64,000 nt of DNA from Monocercomonoides exilis PA203 (Eukaryota > Protista > Preaxostyla). This document shows positions 44,894-55,846 of this stretch, one piece after another. Location: NCBI GenBank assembly GCA_001643675.2, contig LSRY02000001.1, positions 1,054,001 through 1,118,000 of the forward strand. Direction: 5' to 3'. Positions within the stretch are counted from its first letter, which is position 1; the number at the start of each line of letters is the position of its first letter. The notes below the pieces were generated by a model. It worked only from the letters and a program-made list of their open reading frames with translations, did not search any database and was not told the origin of the DNA. A program made the position numbers and the translations under genes.

Positions 44894-47800
44894 ATGCTCA
44901 TATTAATTATCGTCTCCATTCTCTTTTTTGACTGGATACCGAGAACATATTCTCTAAGTGAATTGCATTTGAATGAACAAAGCAAAACAAATGATTCATT
45001 CAAACAAAATAAGGTTTCATATGGATTTGATGGAAGTTCAATATTCACCAAGGCGAGTTCAAACGTTCATTCTCGCATTATTTTGAGCAACTCTTCACTT
45101 TTATTGTCATTTGCCACACTTGACAAAGCGACTTCAACTCATTCACTTTTCATTGGAAGTTCATCAAGACTCGAAGTCAACCAATGCTCATTTCGTTTCC
45201 CAAATCAATCTGATGCTCCTTTCGTTCAATGCAGTGGTATTGCAATTTTGAAAAATCTGTCAATTCTCATTCCACCTGGCCATGCCTTCATCTCCTCTAT
45301 ATCTGAATCCACTTGCTCGTCAGAAATAACATTTGAGCATTCAACAATTTCTGATATAGCTTTCATCAGAGATGAACCAGTTCTTTGGAAAGGAAGCTGT
45401 TTCACTCAAACGCTTGATTATTGCATTTTGACAAATGTATCCATCGCACCTGTTTCATTTCTACCAAAATCTGAAATAAATCATTCAACAAACAGTTGGC
45501 TCGACAACTGCGTGATCAAATCATGTGTAAGCTGCACAAACGATGTTGCATTTCACCTTTTCGAACATCCACTGAACTTTTTTGCTTTCAACTCTTCTTT
45601 TGAAAAGAATCACCGCTCTTCAAATAGGTCTGGTAAAACTATAAGAGCAACAATACATGAATCGGCAACGTATTCGCAGTGTGAGTGGAGAGAATGCAAT
45701 GCTCCTGATGGAGGAGCTGTTTGCATCAGCAACAACACTGAGGCTTCGCTATCGATTACGGATTCTTTATTCATTGAGTGCACATCCTCAAACCATGGAG
45801 GTGCAATATTTGCACTTAATATAAAATCTATTATGATAAAGAGTTGCACGTTTGATTCTTGCTCAACTGAAAAAATTGGTTGCTATTATGGAGGAGGTAT
45901 TTATTGCAATAATATTTTATCATGCATTTTTAATGACACTATTTTTGAGAATTGTCAAGCAGGAAATGATGGAGGAGGAATTTTAATGCTGTCTACAAAT
46001 CCAGAAAATGGAGCAGGCTTGGTGAATTCAATGTTTATTCGTTGTAGCTGCAATTCAGATGAAGATGGAACTGGTGGAGGCTTTGATCAATGCTCACCTT
46101 CTATCAATTTTCCAATGAGCAATTGCGGATTCTTTGAATGCCATTCAGAATACAGTGCAGGAGCTGTAATGTTTCACATGAACTCTGATTGTGATTGGAA
46201 GCTTCTATTATATTGTTTTTTTCACAGAAACACTGCAAATGTTGCTGGTAATGATATTGTTCTCTTCAACTCAACAAAAAATAACATTCATTCTTCATGC
46301 ATAACAACAACAACAGCAAATACAGTAAGTTTGCTTTGGAGCAAAAGAGATGATAGAAGCAGTTGGCTGAAAAATGAAGGTGGAAGTGTTCGCTTTGTGT
46401 CTTCTGAAGAATCACAGTTGGAAGCAAAAGATACAGCCTTTTGTGGATTCTATGAAAGTTACCCATGCAGCACAATCAATCACTGCATTTCTCAGATGAT
46501 CGATGGAATTGTTGAAGAAATAAGCGTGCTTCCAGGAGTAATTGTGGAGGAAAAAGAAGTGGGAATTGGTGACAGAACGATAACCATTCATGGCTCTTCG
46601 TCTTCAGGATCATTCATCAATACGAGATTCGAAGAAGGTGATACAACTCTGTTTGGAGTTGATGGTGGTTCAGGAAACATCAGAGATTTGAGCATTCTCC
46701 ATAACACAGATTTTACCGCTGGAAGGAATGCCATATTGTTTGAAATTAGAGGGTGTGGAATATTCAATTTATCAAATTTGAACATCTCGATGAATGCTGC
46801 TCATTCAAGAGAATGCTGTCTGTTCAATTCCCTCATGAAACTGAATGGAGGACAAATGATAATGGAAACCGTGAAGTGGGATCAAACTTTCAGCGATGCA
46901 TGCTTAATTGCACTTTCACAAAATGCAGAAACAATGCTGCTGATGAAAAACTGCACTTTTTCTGATATTGTGCGAATATCAGAGGGAGCCTCTCTTGTGA
47001 AATCCAATAGCAGTTTGGTGGAACTGACAATGGAAGGATGCACAATTTCCAGATGCGGAAGCACCATATCGGAAAATGGAGGAGCATTAGACCTTGAGGT
47101 CGGAGCTTCTGGATGTCTGAAGGTTGAGGATGGAGAAATTCACAACTGCTTTGCTTCAGCCATCACAGGAAGAGGAGGTGGACTGTTTCTGACGATTTCA
47201 GACGAAAGTGCAGAATATTCGATTACTGCCTCGTTCTCAGATAACGAAGCCAGATGGGGGAGCGATCTGTTTGTGGATTCTGTCAATCTGAAATCCACAG
47301 CAACTGGGGGAAAAATCTCTTCTCTGACTGCTTCAAATGCAACCATCAATACAATTCGAGGGTTTGACGGAGGAGATGAAAGAGTCAACATCCCGCTGTG
47401 TGTGTATTTGATTCCATCACCAAAAGAGCTAGTTGTGAGCAACAAGGATAGCTTCGATCATTCGTACTGTGGATTTGTTGAGTTTCCTTGTTTGACTTTG
47501 AAGCACACCTTGGATAAACAAGAAGGAGAAAAAAAAGTTTGCGTGAGCGGGATGATAACGATGACAGATGAAGTGGAATTGGAAGTCTCCACATGCACAA
47601 TTAGAGGACAGGCTGAAGGGAGTGGATGGGCTGTCGTGGATGATGCAAATGGGGTTGATTTATCATTGGTGAAAGTTAAAGCAGATACTCTTTTTAGTCA
47701 GCTGCTGTTTTCTTTGCCTTCAGAATTGCAGTCGCACAAAGCATTCATTTCTGTGACATCGGCTGCAAAGCTGACAATGGAGAAATGCTCAATTTCAATG

Positions 47801-50800
47801 CAAAACGCAGAAGCAGAGCTTTCCTTTGTGTTCATGGAAGCAACAAGCGGTTTTGTTAATATCACACAGTTTGTCACAAATTCTATTTCATTGGCCAGCT
47901 TTCCTCTTATTTCACTGGGTGGAGCAAGCACTTTTGGAACAATCGATGCTTTTGAATTAACGGAGGTCTCTTCAAAAGCCGAGTGCGACTTAATGTGTGT
48001 TGGAAATGGGGCATCAATTTCTGTGAGTAATTCAAAAATATGTGCAGCGGAAGTCCCTCTGTCGGATCAGTTGTCCTCCTTTCACTCTCTTTCTGCAATC
48101 GGTGGGAAGGCTGTGTCACTAAAGAACTGCTCTTTTCTAGGATTCTCTTCACTTGGAAAGAATGGAGGAGCAGTTGAGTGCGTGCTGGAAAGCGGATGCT
48201 CATTCGAAGTTATTGGGGGTTTGATCGAGAATGGAAGAAGTATTGGTGGAAATGGAGGTGGAGTGTTTGTTGAGATGAAAGAAGGATCATTGTTCAGCGT
48301 TGGAAATGTGTCAGACACTGAGACAAAAAATGAAGAGGATTCTGATAGCGGAAGAAATGGAGTAACAGAATTGAAGAACTGCAATTCAGCAAGGAGCGAG
48401 GAGGGAAATGGAGGTAATGGAGGGGGACTGTACTTGTTGTTGGTTGGGAGTTCTTCAAATTTCATTCTGAAAGAAGTGATGTTTGAAGAATGCCATGCCA
48501 ATGCAGGACAGAATGTGTTTGTGAGTTCAGAGGATCTTTCTTCTGTGATTAACAAAAATACACTGGAATTTAATTTTGATTTGAATGATTTGACTCAGCT
48601 GTGTGGATGTGAAAGAGGAACAACAAGTGAAGATGGTGTAATTCCACTTGTTTTATATTTTTGGACAAACATGTCAAAGGAAGCACATGCTGGTGGGAAC
48701 AAAAGTGGGGATATTGCAATTTGCGGATTTGCCGAATATCCATGTGCAACAATTGAGAAGGCTCTGAAAAGGCTTGGTGAAAGTGATGAAAAGAAAATTG
48801 TTGTGAGAGGGTATTCCGAAATGAGGAGTGAAGTTGGATTGGATGGATCATCAACATTGACATCAGGAAATGATGAAGTTGTCTCGATTGCATTCTCTCC
48901 GAATATGAAAGGTTTGGAAAGGAAGGTTGTTTGGTGTCACGGAAATCTCAGTATTGAGAAGATTGAACTGCAAATACCTCTGAGTTTTGAAAACGGTGCA
49001 GATGTACTCATTTTCTTTGATACGTCAGATGGAAATGCGAACATGAAAGAGTGTTGCTTTGAGGTGGCGAGTTCAGAAATTGGATATCTTGATTATTCTC
49101 TCCTTATTGCTCCAAAAGGAAACGTTTTTATTAGCAGCTCAAGAATTACCAACCTGAAGTCACAAAAGGAACTGATCGCTATCACAACATTTTCTCAAAT
49201 CGATTTATGGAATGCAACAGCGAGAGATGTGGAGTTGAAAGGAAAAAGTGCAATTTCCATTGAAGATGCGAATCAGAAAGGTCGAATTAAAGATAACGTT
49301 GAAAATGAATGGAATATCATTGTTATTAAGTGTTCATTCGAGCATATCAAGCAGAATGGATCTCAATACCCGTCTCTGATTGAATGGTCAGGAAACGGTG
49401 ATGCAAAGATGAAGATAGAAAACTCAACAATGACAGACTGCGGATCCGAAGCTTCCAGCAAAGGAGGAGGAATTCTGTTCAGTCTGAGCGAAGGAGGGTG
49501 GATGGAATGTGTGAATTCTGTTGTGCTGAGTTGTTTCTGCTCTTCTTCTGGGAGAGGAGGCGGTCTGTATTTGAAAAACTCACACGAAGGCGAGATGAAG
49601 CTGAATTTCATTCTTTCAGATGTGATATTTCTCGGAAACAAGGCTTTTCGCGGGAGAGATGTGTATGTGCAATGCCAAACGGTACAAAAGCAGGTTGGAG
49701 AAGAGCAGTTTATGTTAGATTTCAGATCACCATTTGTGAAGGATCTGGCAATGTGGGGTTGCTCAGAAGGTGGGTATGCAACAGAGGAAGATTTGCTGCT
49801 GTTGGTCGTTATATATCGAAGTGAAACAATCTTTGTTTCAGGCGCAACGATCAACAGTTCGAACACAAAGCAATGCGGCGAAATAGCGTTACCATGCTCA
49901 TCTCTGGATGTGGGTGCTCGCCACGTGATCGGAAGCCAATATTCACAGATTCTTGTGGAAAAAAGTACCACTCTGGAGAACGAGCTTGCTCTGAGAAGCG
50001 TTTCTGTAAAATCATTCAACAGCGAAATAAGCGCATCTGTGATCGTCGAAGGAATAATTGGAGGAAATGCGAAAAGTGTGATATCTGTGAAACAAAGCAT
50101 CACATTCGAGCGAATTTGCTTCGATTTTGGAGAAATAATGAAAAGCGAACACAAATCCCTGATTCTGGCTGAAGACGGACGATTGAGACTGTATGTTGTT
50201 GAGTTCAGAAGAAAAGAATCCGAAGAATTTGCAAAAAAAATAGATGTTCCATTACGCCTTGTTGAAGCAAATGGTGGAAGCATCACATTCGACAGTTGCA
50301 CAGTTTCTGACTTGTCTTTTCAGAATTGTCTGTTCCACTTTGCTGAAGTCAGAGAAATTAAGATGAGCGAATTGAATGCATCAAAGGTGATTGCGATGAG
50401 AAGCATCATTGAATGCACTGAATGCGAAAGTGTGATTATTTCAAAGCAAAATGTTAATGAAGTGGATGTTGAGAGAGGAAGCTGGATGGAATTTGCAGAT
50501 TGTGAGAGCGGAGCAGTCAATGTTTCGTTGGTTGAAATCAAAAACATAACAAATCAAGCAGATATAGCAAGCGGAATGCACTTCATGTCAACTTCATCGA
50601 TGGTTGAACTCTCAAATTGCTCATTTGTGGGATGCAAGGCCAATTCACATATCGGCAAAGCAATGATGATTGCCCAATGCAACAATGTTTTCATCAGTTC
50701 GTGCATATTAGATGGAGAAGCAAATTCAGGAGAAGAAAGAAAAACAAATGAAGAGAAGCTGTGCAGATGGAACGGTTCGCTCTTGGAAACAAGCAGAAGC

Positions 50801-52774
50801 AATGTTGTGATGAGGGATACAATCATCGCAAATTCGTCAGTTGGAGGCCTGTCAATATCAAGTGGGAGCATGAAAATCGAGAAGGGAGAATTTAAAGAAA
50901 ATAATCCGTCAATTGCAAATTACCCCTCTGCTCGAAGAAATATTGTGTGCAATGAATCTGGGATGTTGCACATTCAGAGCTTAAAAGATGGGGATGGATT
51001 GAAAGATAATTCCTCTCTGTGGATTTTGAATGAAGGCTGTGAGCTACAAGGAATAGTAGAAGAAAGATCTAATTCGCTGTTTATTCCAGTGCTTGGAAGC
51101 GTGGAAGCAGAAGAAACTGGTGATGAAATTGAGCTCATTTTCAAAGGTCAGCTGTTGCTCCCATGTGATTTATCATTTTGGGTTGCTTATAAAACCACTG
51201 ACTCCGAGCTTGTCGAGGATTTTTCATTCGTAATTGAAGGATATGAAAGTGAGAATGAAGTCCATGGAAGAGTTCCGTCTTCACAGGTGCAAAACGCAAC
51301 CAACGAAACAGAAGTTTCAGTTGGAATATACTTTGGAAATCCAAAGAGTTCAACTGAGCCTTTCGCTCTGAAGAATAGAAGTGAAACAAACGCAAAAGGA
51401 GATGAAAGGATTGTGGAAGGTGGAAATGAGAAGAAGTCGTGGTGGGTTGTTATTGTGATTGTTATGACAATTGTCCTTTTTGTGGTTTTGATGATTGCTG
51501 TGATTTCTACTGTTCGTTGGAGAAAGCAAAAGAGAAGAACGGAAGAATTGGAAGTGATTGTGGAAGACACAGTGAGGAAGGATCCAAAAGCATTCGAGAT
51601 GGTGACGATGGAGATGTCACCCGAGGAGCAGTGGAGGAGAGCAGAGAGGGAGGCAGAGAAGAAAAATGAAGAGAGAATAAAGAAGAGAATGAATGGGAAG
51701 CAGATGGTGCATTCTGAGTCAGAAGAACATTTGTTGAGTGAGAGTGGTTCCACTGAATATATTCTTGGAAGAGACTCTGACAAGATTCCTGATTGGGCAT
51801 TAGAAAAGGAAGATGAGGAAGAGATCCGAAAGAGATCTCCTTCTCCATCCATTTCATCCACTACCACCACTTCAACAACTGATTCAGATTCAACATTTGT
51901 TCGAGGGGAGGATCTGTGCCCAACCACCTCATCGATGTCGAATCTGGTGGATGTGATGGCGTGTTCGTCTCCCCATGAGAAGCTGATTGTGGATCTGAGG
52001 GATTCACTGTTCATGCTGTTGCATGGAAGGAACAAGACAAAAGAGATGGCGATAGGCACTCTTCAGGAGAGAGAAATGACAGCTGCCCAAATCCTGTTCT
52101 GGGTGGCTAATCTGGCGCTTCATTCATTTGATGAAATGGAAAACAAGCTTCAGTCATTGTCCAGTCTGAGTCCACACATTGTGCTGTTCTCAGAACACAT
52201 GGTGATCTGCATTGTGATGCATTCCGGTTTCCTTTCATCCGATGATTCTGATTCCTCATCGATCTCTTCATTAACTGTTGTATCTTCATCGTCCAATATT
52301 TCAGTGATGAGCGAGAGATTCACAGGCTCTCCACCTCCTTCATCTGCTTTTGAAGACGACGACGATATCAGAAAAGAGTGTCTGAGGTGGAAGGCACCAG
52401 AACTGCAGATGAACAAGAAGATGGGGGCAACAAAGGAATCAGTTGCCTTTTCGATTGGGATGATGCTGTGGGAATACTTGACCTTGGAGATTCCGTTTGG
52501 AGAATATGAGTGTGTGGTGGCAGGGCAGAAAATAGTGAATGGAGAAAGACCGAATTTCAGAAAGGCTGAAGAGTCAAAACTTCTTCAGTTAATAAAAGCT
52601 TGTTTTGCACAAAACGGAGGAGATAGACCGACTTTGACACATCTCAAAAGAGAGTTCATTCAACTTTTCCCTTCAGGAGCTGCTGTGCTCACAATGTCTG
52701 ATGCAATAGACTTGGAGGAATCAAGAGAAGGCAATGACCAATCCACCACTGGTTATTCGTCAATTATTTCATGA
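44894..52774 (+). CDS. Giant type I membrane protein: beta-helix (Pmp/pectin-lyase-like GGA repeats) and Cys modules, TM helix, cytoplasmic tyrosine-kinase-like pseudokinase
   Basis: 2626-aa intronless ORF; signal peptide; GGA[IVL]/GGG[IL][YF] and FxxN repeats; four CG(x)5-6PC modules; TM WWVVIVIV..; C-terminal RWKAPE..FSIGMMLWE..IPF..RP..CF..DRPT. Confidence 0.88.
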   Translation: MLILIIVSILFFDWIPRTYSLSELHLNEQSKTNDSFKQNKVSYGFDGSSIFTKASSNVHSRIILSNSSLLLSFATLDKATSTHSLFIGSSSRLEVNQCSFRFPNQSDAPFVQCSGIAILKNLSILIPPGHAFISSISESTCSSEITFEHSTISDIAFIRDEPVLWKGSCFTQTLDYCILTNVSIAPVSFLPKSEINHSTNSWLDNCVIKSCVSCTNDVAFHLFEHPLNFFAFNSSFEKNHRSSNRSGKTIRATIHESATYSQCEWRECNAPDGGAVCISNNTEASLSITDSLFIECTSSNHGGAIFALNIKSIMIKSCTFDSCSTEKIGCYYGGGIYCNNILSCIFNDTIFENCQAGNDGGGILMLSTNPENGAGLVNSMFIRCSCNSDEDGTGGGFDQCSPSINFPMSNCGFFECHSEYSAGAVMFHMNSDCDWKLLLYCFFHRNTANVAGNDIVLFNSTKNNIHSSCITTTTANTVSLLWSKRDDRSSWLKNEGGSVRFVSSEESQLEAKDTAFCGFYESYPCSTINHCISQMIDGIVEEISVLPGVIVEEKEVGIGDRTITIHGSSSSGSFINTRFEEGDTTLFGVDGGSGNIRDLSILHNTDFTAGRNAILFEIRGCGIFNLSNLNISMNAAHSRECCLFNSLMKLNGGQMIMETVKWDQTFSDACLIALSQNAETMLLMKNCTFSDIVRISEGASLVKSNSSLVELTMEGCTISRCGSTISENGGALDLEVGASGCLKVEDGEIHNCFASAITGRGGGLFLTISDESAEYSITASFSDNEARWGSDLFVDSVNLKSTATGGKISSLTASNATINTIRGFDGGDERVNIPLCVYLIPSPKELVVSNKDSFDHSYCGFVEFPCLTLKHTLDKQEGEKKVCVSGMITMTDEVELEVSTCTIRGQAEGSGWAVVDDANGVDLSLVKVKADTLFSQLLFSLPSELQSHKAFISVTSAAKLTMEKCSISMQNAEAELSFVFMEATSGFVNITQFVTNSISLASFPLISLGGASTFGTIDAFELTEVSSKAECDLMCVGNGASISVSNSKICAAEVPLSDQLSSFHSLSAIGGKAVSLKNCSFLGFSSLGKNGGAVECVLESGCSFEVIGGLIENGRSIGGNGGGVFVEMKEGSLFSVGNVSDTETKNEEDSDSGRNGVTELKNCNSARSEEGNGGNGGGLYLLLVGSSSNFILKEVMFEECHANAGQNVFVSSEDLSSVINKNTLEFNFDLNDLTQLCGCERGTTSEDGVIPLVLYFWTNMSKEAHAGGNKSGDIAICGFAEYPCATIEKALKRLGESDEKKIVVRGYSEMRSEVGLDGSSTLTSGNDEVVSIAFSPNMKGLERKVVWCHGNLSIEKIELQIPLSFENGADVLIFFDTSDGNANMKECCFEVASSEIGYLDYSLLIAPKGNVFISSSRITNLKSQKELIAITTFSQIDLWNATARDVELKGKSAISIEDANQKGRIKDNVENEWNIIVIKCSFEHIKQNGSQYPSLIEWSGNGDAKMKIENSTMTDCGSEASSKGGGILFSLSEGGWMECVNSVVLSCFCSSSGRGGGLYLKNSHEGEMKLNFILSDVIFLGNKAFRGRDVYVQCQTVQKQVGEEQFMLDFRSPFVKDLAMWGCSEGGYATEEDLLLLVVIYRSETIFVSGATINSSNTKQCGEIALPCSSLDVGARHVIGSQYSQILVEKSTTLENELALRSVSVKSFNSEISASVIVEGIIGGNAKSVISVKQSITFERICFDFGEIMKSEHKSLILAEDGRLRLYVVEFRRKESEEFAKKIDVPLRLVEANGGSITFDSCTVSDLSFQNCLFHFAEVREIKMSELNASKVIAMRSIIECTECESVIISKQNVNEVDVERGSWMEFADCESGAVNVSLVEIKNITNQADIASGMHFMSTSSMVELSNCSFVGCKANSHIGKAMMIAQCNNVFISSCILDGEANSGEERKTNEEKLCRWNGSLLETSRSNVVMRDTIIANSSVGGLSISSGSMKIEKGEFKENNPSIANYPSARRNIVCNESGMLHIQSLKDGDGLKDNSSLWILNEGCELQGIVEERSNSLFIPVLGSVEAEETGDEIELIFKGQLLLPCDLSFWVAYKTTDSELVEDFSFVIEGYESENEVHGRVPSSQVQNATNETEVSVGIYFGNPKSSTEPFALKNRSETNAKGDERIVEGGNEKKSWWVVIVIVMTIVLFVVLMIAVISTVRWRKQKRRTEELEVIVEDTVRKDPKAFEMVTMEMSPEEQWRRAEREAEKKNEERIKKRMNGKQMVHSESEEHLLSESGSTEYILGRDSDKIPDWALEKEDEEEIRKRSPSPSISSTTTTSTTDSDSTFVRGEDLCPTTSSMSNLVDVMACSSPHEKLIVDLRDSLFMLLHGRNKTKEMAIGTLQEREMTAAQILFWVANLALHSFDEMENKLQSLSSLSPHIVLFSEHMVICIVMHSGFLSSDDSDSSSISSLTVVSSSSNISVMSERFTGSPPPSSAFEDDDDIRKECLRWKAPELQMNKKMGATKESVAFSIGMMLWEYLTLEIPFGEYECVVAGQKIVNGERPNFRKAEESKLLQLIKACFAQNGGDRPTLTHLKREFIQLFPSGAAVLTMSDAIDLEESREGNDQSTTGYSSIIS

Positions 52775-53354
52775 AATTGAACAACTGAGAATAGTTGATA
52801 TGAGGATCCAATGTATTCACGTCAAATGAGTTATTTGTTTCTTTTTATCATTTTTCAGTAATTATCAGCTCAGTACATTAGATTTTATGTTTTTTCTCTC
52901 ACTTTGAATGGCTGTTTTCGAAAGGAATCGGCCAACATGTGAACAAGCTTCCACTCGAATATATAGTAATTTCATTGGCTTTTCTTTTGGCTTTCTCTTA
53001 TATTTGGAATAAATAATCACAAATAATTATCACATATTTTTTGGAATTTCATTCAAATTCGTATTATAAATTCTTCAAAATTAGCATGAAGTATTTGCTT
53101 CGCAGGAGCATTTTGTAATATGTCTTAAATCTATAATGTCATTCTGGATATAGCTTCATATTCATTATTACATGTTTTCAGAAATAAAAAAAACAATCTT
53201 CATCCTCAAAGATATGTAGTTCATTATAAAAAATCGCATCAGTGATTCTGTTCATGAACACGAATGAATGCATATTTTTTTTGTTTTCTCACATTCAGTG
53301 CTTCCTTCTGAACATTCTCGTTCCATTAGAAATGACTAAAAAAGAATTGAACAA

Positions 53355-55388
53355 ATGAATGCTATGGGCATGATCAACATAATGGCTGCTGTATCAAGCG
53401 ATGCAGAAGGAAAGCAAGTGGCGCAAGGATTTATCCTGAAGCCGCCCAAAGGGATGCAAGATATCGAACCAAGTGAAATGGCCAAGCGGGACTGGGTGCT
53501 GAACACGATTGAATCTGTTTTCAAAAAGCATTCGATACAGAAGCTGGACACTCCGGTGATGGAGCGAAGGGAAATCCTGTATGCAAAGGCGAGTGAAGAG
53601 ACGACGAAGCAGATCTACGATATTGTGCCGAGGGTGGAGGGGAGCGAGGACGAGAAAGAAGCGAAAGAAGGCGGCGCTCTAGAGCACGAGCGGCTGGCGC
53701 TGCGGTTTGACCTCACAGTGTCGCTTGCGCGATATGTGGCGCAGCACAATCTGCGTTCGTTTGCGCGGTACCAGTATGGGAAGGTGTACCGGGGAGAGAA
53801 CGTGTCGAAGGCGAAAGGGCGGTTCAGAGAGTTCATGCAGTTCGACTTCGACATGATCGGGGTGGAGATCCCCGACTTCCCCGACATCCGCACGATCCTT
53901 ATCCTGGCAGAGATATTCCAGGCGCTGTCGCTCACGCCGACATTCACGATCTTCCTTAACCACCGAGTGCTTCTGCGTGCGCTGATGGGTGTGTGCGGGG
54001 TGCAGCCGGAGCTTCAGATGACGTGCTGCAGTAGCATTGACAAACTGGACAAGCTGCCATGGGCGAAGGTGGAGGAGGAGCTGATTGGGAAAGGAGTGAA
54101 CAAGGAAGCAGTGAGCAAGCTGGAGTTTTTGGATCAATTTGCAATCAGGCCGAATGCTGCACAGCCTGTCACTCCGAGTGAAGGAGCACCCACCACAAAA
54201 TTCTCGGAAACGTTGCACAAGCAATTCCTGGAAACGCTCGAAAAAGTGGAAAAGATGATTCTCGACTCGCCGTTTTATCAGAACGAGAAAGAGAAAGAAG
54301 AAAGTGCCTCCTCATCTTCAAGCAGCGCAGCTGGATCAGATGCTCCATCGGCGCAGCCACTTTTGGAGTTTCCTCAGCGAAGCGAAGTTGTGGCAGCGAT
54401 TGGCACGCTTCGGAAGGTTTATGGTGTTGTGTCGAGCACAGCGCTTCCGTTGTGCCTGTGCTTCAACCCGTCTCTGGCGAGAGGGCACGACTACTACACA
54501 GGGCTGATCTTCGAAGGGTGCTTCTGGGACGCTGCAACGGGGATGAGCTCGCAGGGCACGTGCGTTGGAGGAGGGCGGTACGACAAGCTGATTGGGATTC
54601 TGTCGCCGTCGCTGGGGAACATACCGGCCATTGGGTTTGGGATTGGGTTTGAGAGGCTGGTGGCGCTGGTGACAGAGGAGCGGCTGAGAGAGGCAGGGGT
54701 GCTGGGAAGAGGGAAGGCGGATGTGATGGTTGCACCGATCGGCTTTTCGAAAGAGGAGGTTGGGAGCGCAGAGGTGCTTGGGGCGTTGTTCAGGGCAGAG
54801 ATGGAGCTGGCAGCGAGTGGGCTGCGGGTGGAGCTGTGGAAGAGCACAAACTGCAACACGAAGCAGATCATTCCGGAGTGTGTGCGGCAGGAGATAGCAG
54901 TGCTTGTGCAGATGGGGCAGAGAGAAGTGGAGGAAGGAACAGTTGTGGCGAAGCGTGTGGAAGAGCGAAAGAAGAATGCCCCTGGTGGAGGAAAGGGGAA
55001 GAAGCCTCAAGAAAGTAAAGAGAATGCAGAGAGCTCTGCTTCTCAGTCAACATCTTCATCATCGTCTTTGACTCCATCCTCTTCTTCAACGCCTTCAGAT
55101 AGCGTCCAGAATGAGAAGGTAGAGGAAGTGAAGATGAAGACATTCTCGCTGGAAGACAAAGAGCTTATTGAACAGATCAGGGTGTGGATGGTTGTGGCAG
55201 AGCGAGAAAGGAAAGAGAGGGAAATTGCAGAAAGAGAGCAGAAAGAGAAGGAAGCAGCAGAACTGGCCAAAAAAGAAGCAAAACGGAGAGAGAAAGAAAG
55301 AAGAAGGGAACAGGCAAAAGCAAAAGAGGCAGAACAAAAAGAAGCTGCACAAAAAGAGGCAGCGCAGCAAGAAGCAAAAGAAGAATAG
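53355..55388 (+). CDS. HARS: Histidyl-tRNA synthetase (eukaryotic cytosolic type) with a charged C-terminal extension
   Basis: LKPPKGMQD, LDTPVME, LRFDLT, motif 2 YRGE..GRFREFMQFDFD, CSSIDKLDK, LARGHDYYTG, GGGRYDKL, GFGIGFERL. Confidence 0.95.
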   Translation: MNAMGMINIMAAVSSDAEGKQVAQGFILKPPKGMQDIEPSEMAKRDWVLNTIESVFKKHSIQKLDTPVMERREILYAKASEETTKQIYDIVPRVEGSEDEKEAKEGGALEHERLALRFDLTVSLARYVAQHNLRSFARYQYGKVYRGENVSKAKGRFREFMQFDFDMIGVEIPDFPDIRTILILAEIFQALSLTPTFTIFLNHRVLLRALMGVCGVQPELQMTCCSSIDKLDKLPWAKVEEELIGKGVNKEAVSKLEFLDQFAIRPNAAQPVTPSEGAPTTKFSETLHKQFLETLEKVEKMILDSPFYQNEKEKEESASSSSSSAAGSDAPSAQPLLEFPQRSEVVAAIGTLRKVYGVVSSTALPLCLCFNPSLARGHDYYTGLIFEGCFWDAATGMSSQGTCVGGGRYDKLIGILSPSLGNIPAIGFGIGFERLVALVTEERLREAGVLGRGKADVMVAPIGFSKEEVGSAEVLGALFRAEMELAASGLRVELWKSTNCNTKQIIPECVRQEIAVLVQMGQREVEEGTVVAKRVEERKKNAPGGGKGKKPQESKENAESSASQSTSSSSSLTPSSSSTPSDSVQNEKVEEVKMKTFSLEDKELIEQIRVWMVVAERERKEREIAEREQKEKEAAELAKKEAKRREKERRREQAKAKEAEQKEAAQKEAAQQEAKEE

Positions 55389-55846
55389 AATGCCATTTGG
55401 AAACCACTTCATTTTAATGAACCGGAAATATTCATTTCATTCTGACATTAAAAACTTCAAGAAATTATTATTGTTTTTTGAAGTGTAGTATTAAAATCAT
55501 TTGAGGACGAGATGGTTTTATTAATTCGATTACTGCATTTCATATCTACAGTTTCTTTTTATTTTAAATTGTTATTATTCTACGCAAGCTGGTTACTTAA
55601 TAATCTATTTTTAACAGAATAGGATTTAATTGAAAAACGAAGGCTAAAATGAAAGTTATCGTACAATTTCCAATTAACTCAATTTATTATTGTAAGTGTT
55701 AGCCTTTATTGATTATTTTTGAATTCTATCAATCTTTATCGATCAAACAAATGACCTTAATTGTTTTTTTAGCATTGGAAGAAATTCTGAAGCGAGTGAA
55801 AAGAAGAGACAAAAAGAATTATTCAATTATTTTTGTGCTGTAATTT

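Noticed and set aside
53332-53358. 8-codon uORF whose TGA overlaps the HisRS ATG
   Set aside because: Too short to assess; it could be chance or a homopolymer indel in an N-terminal extension.
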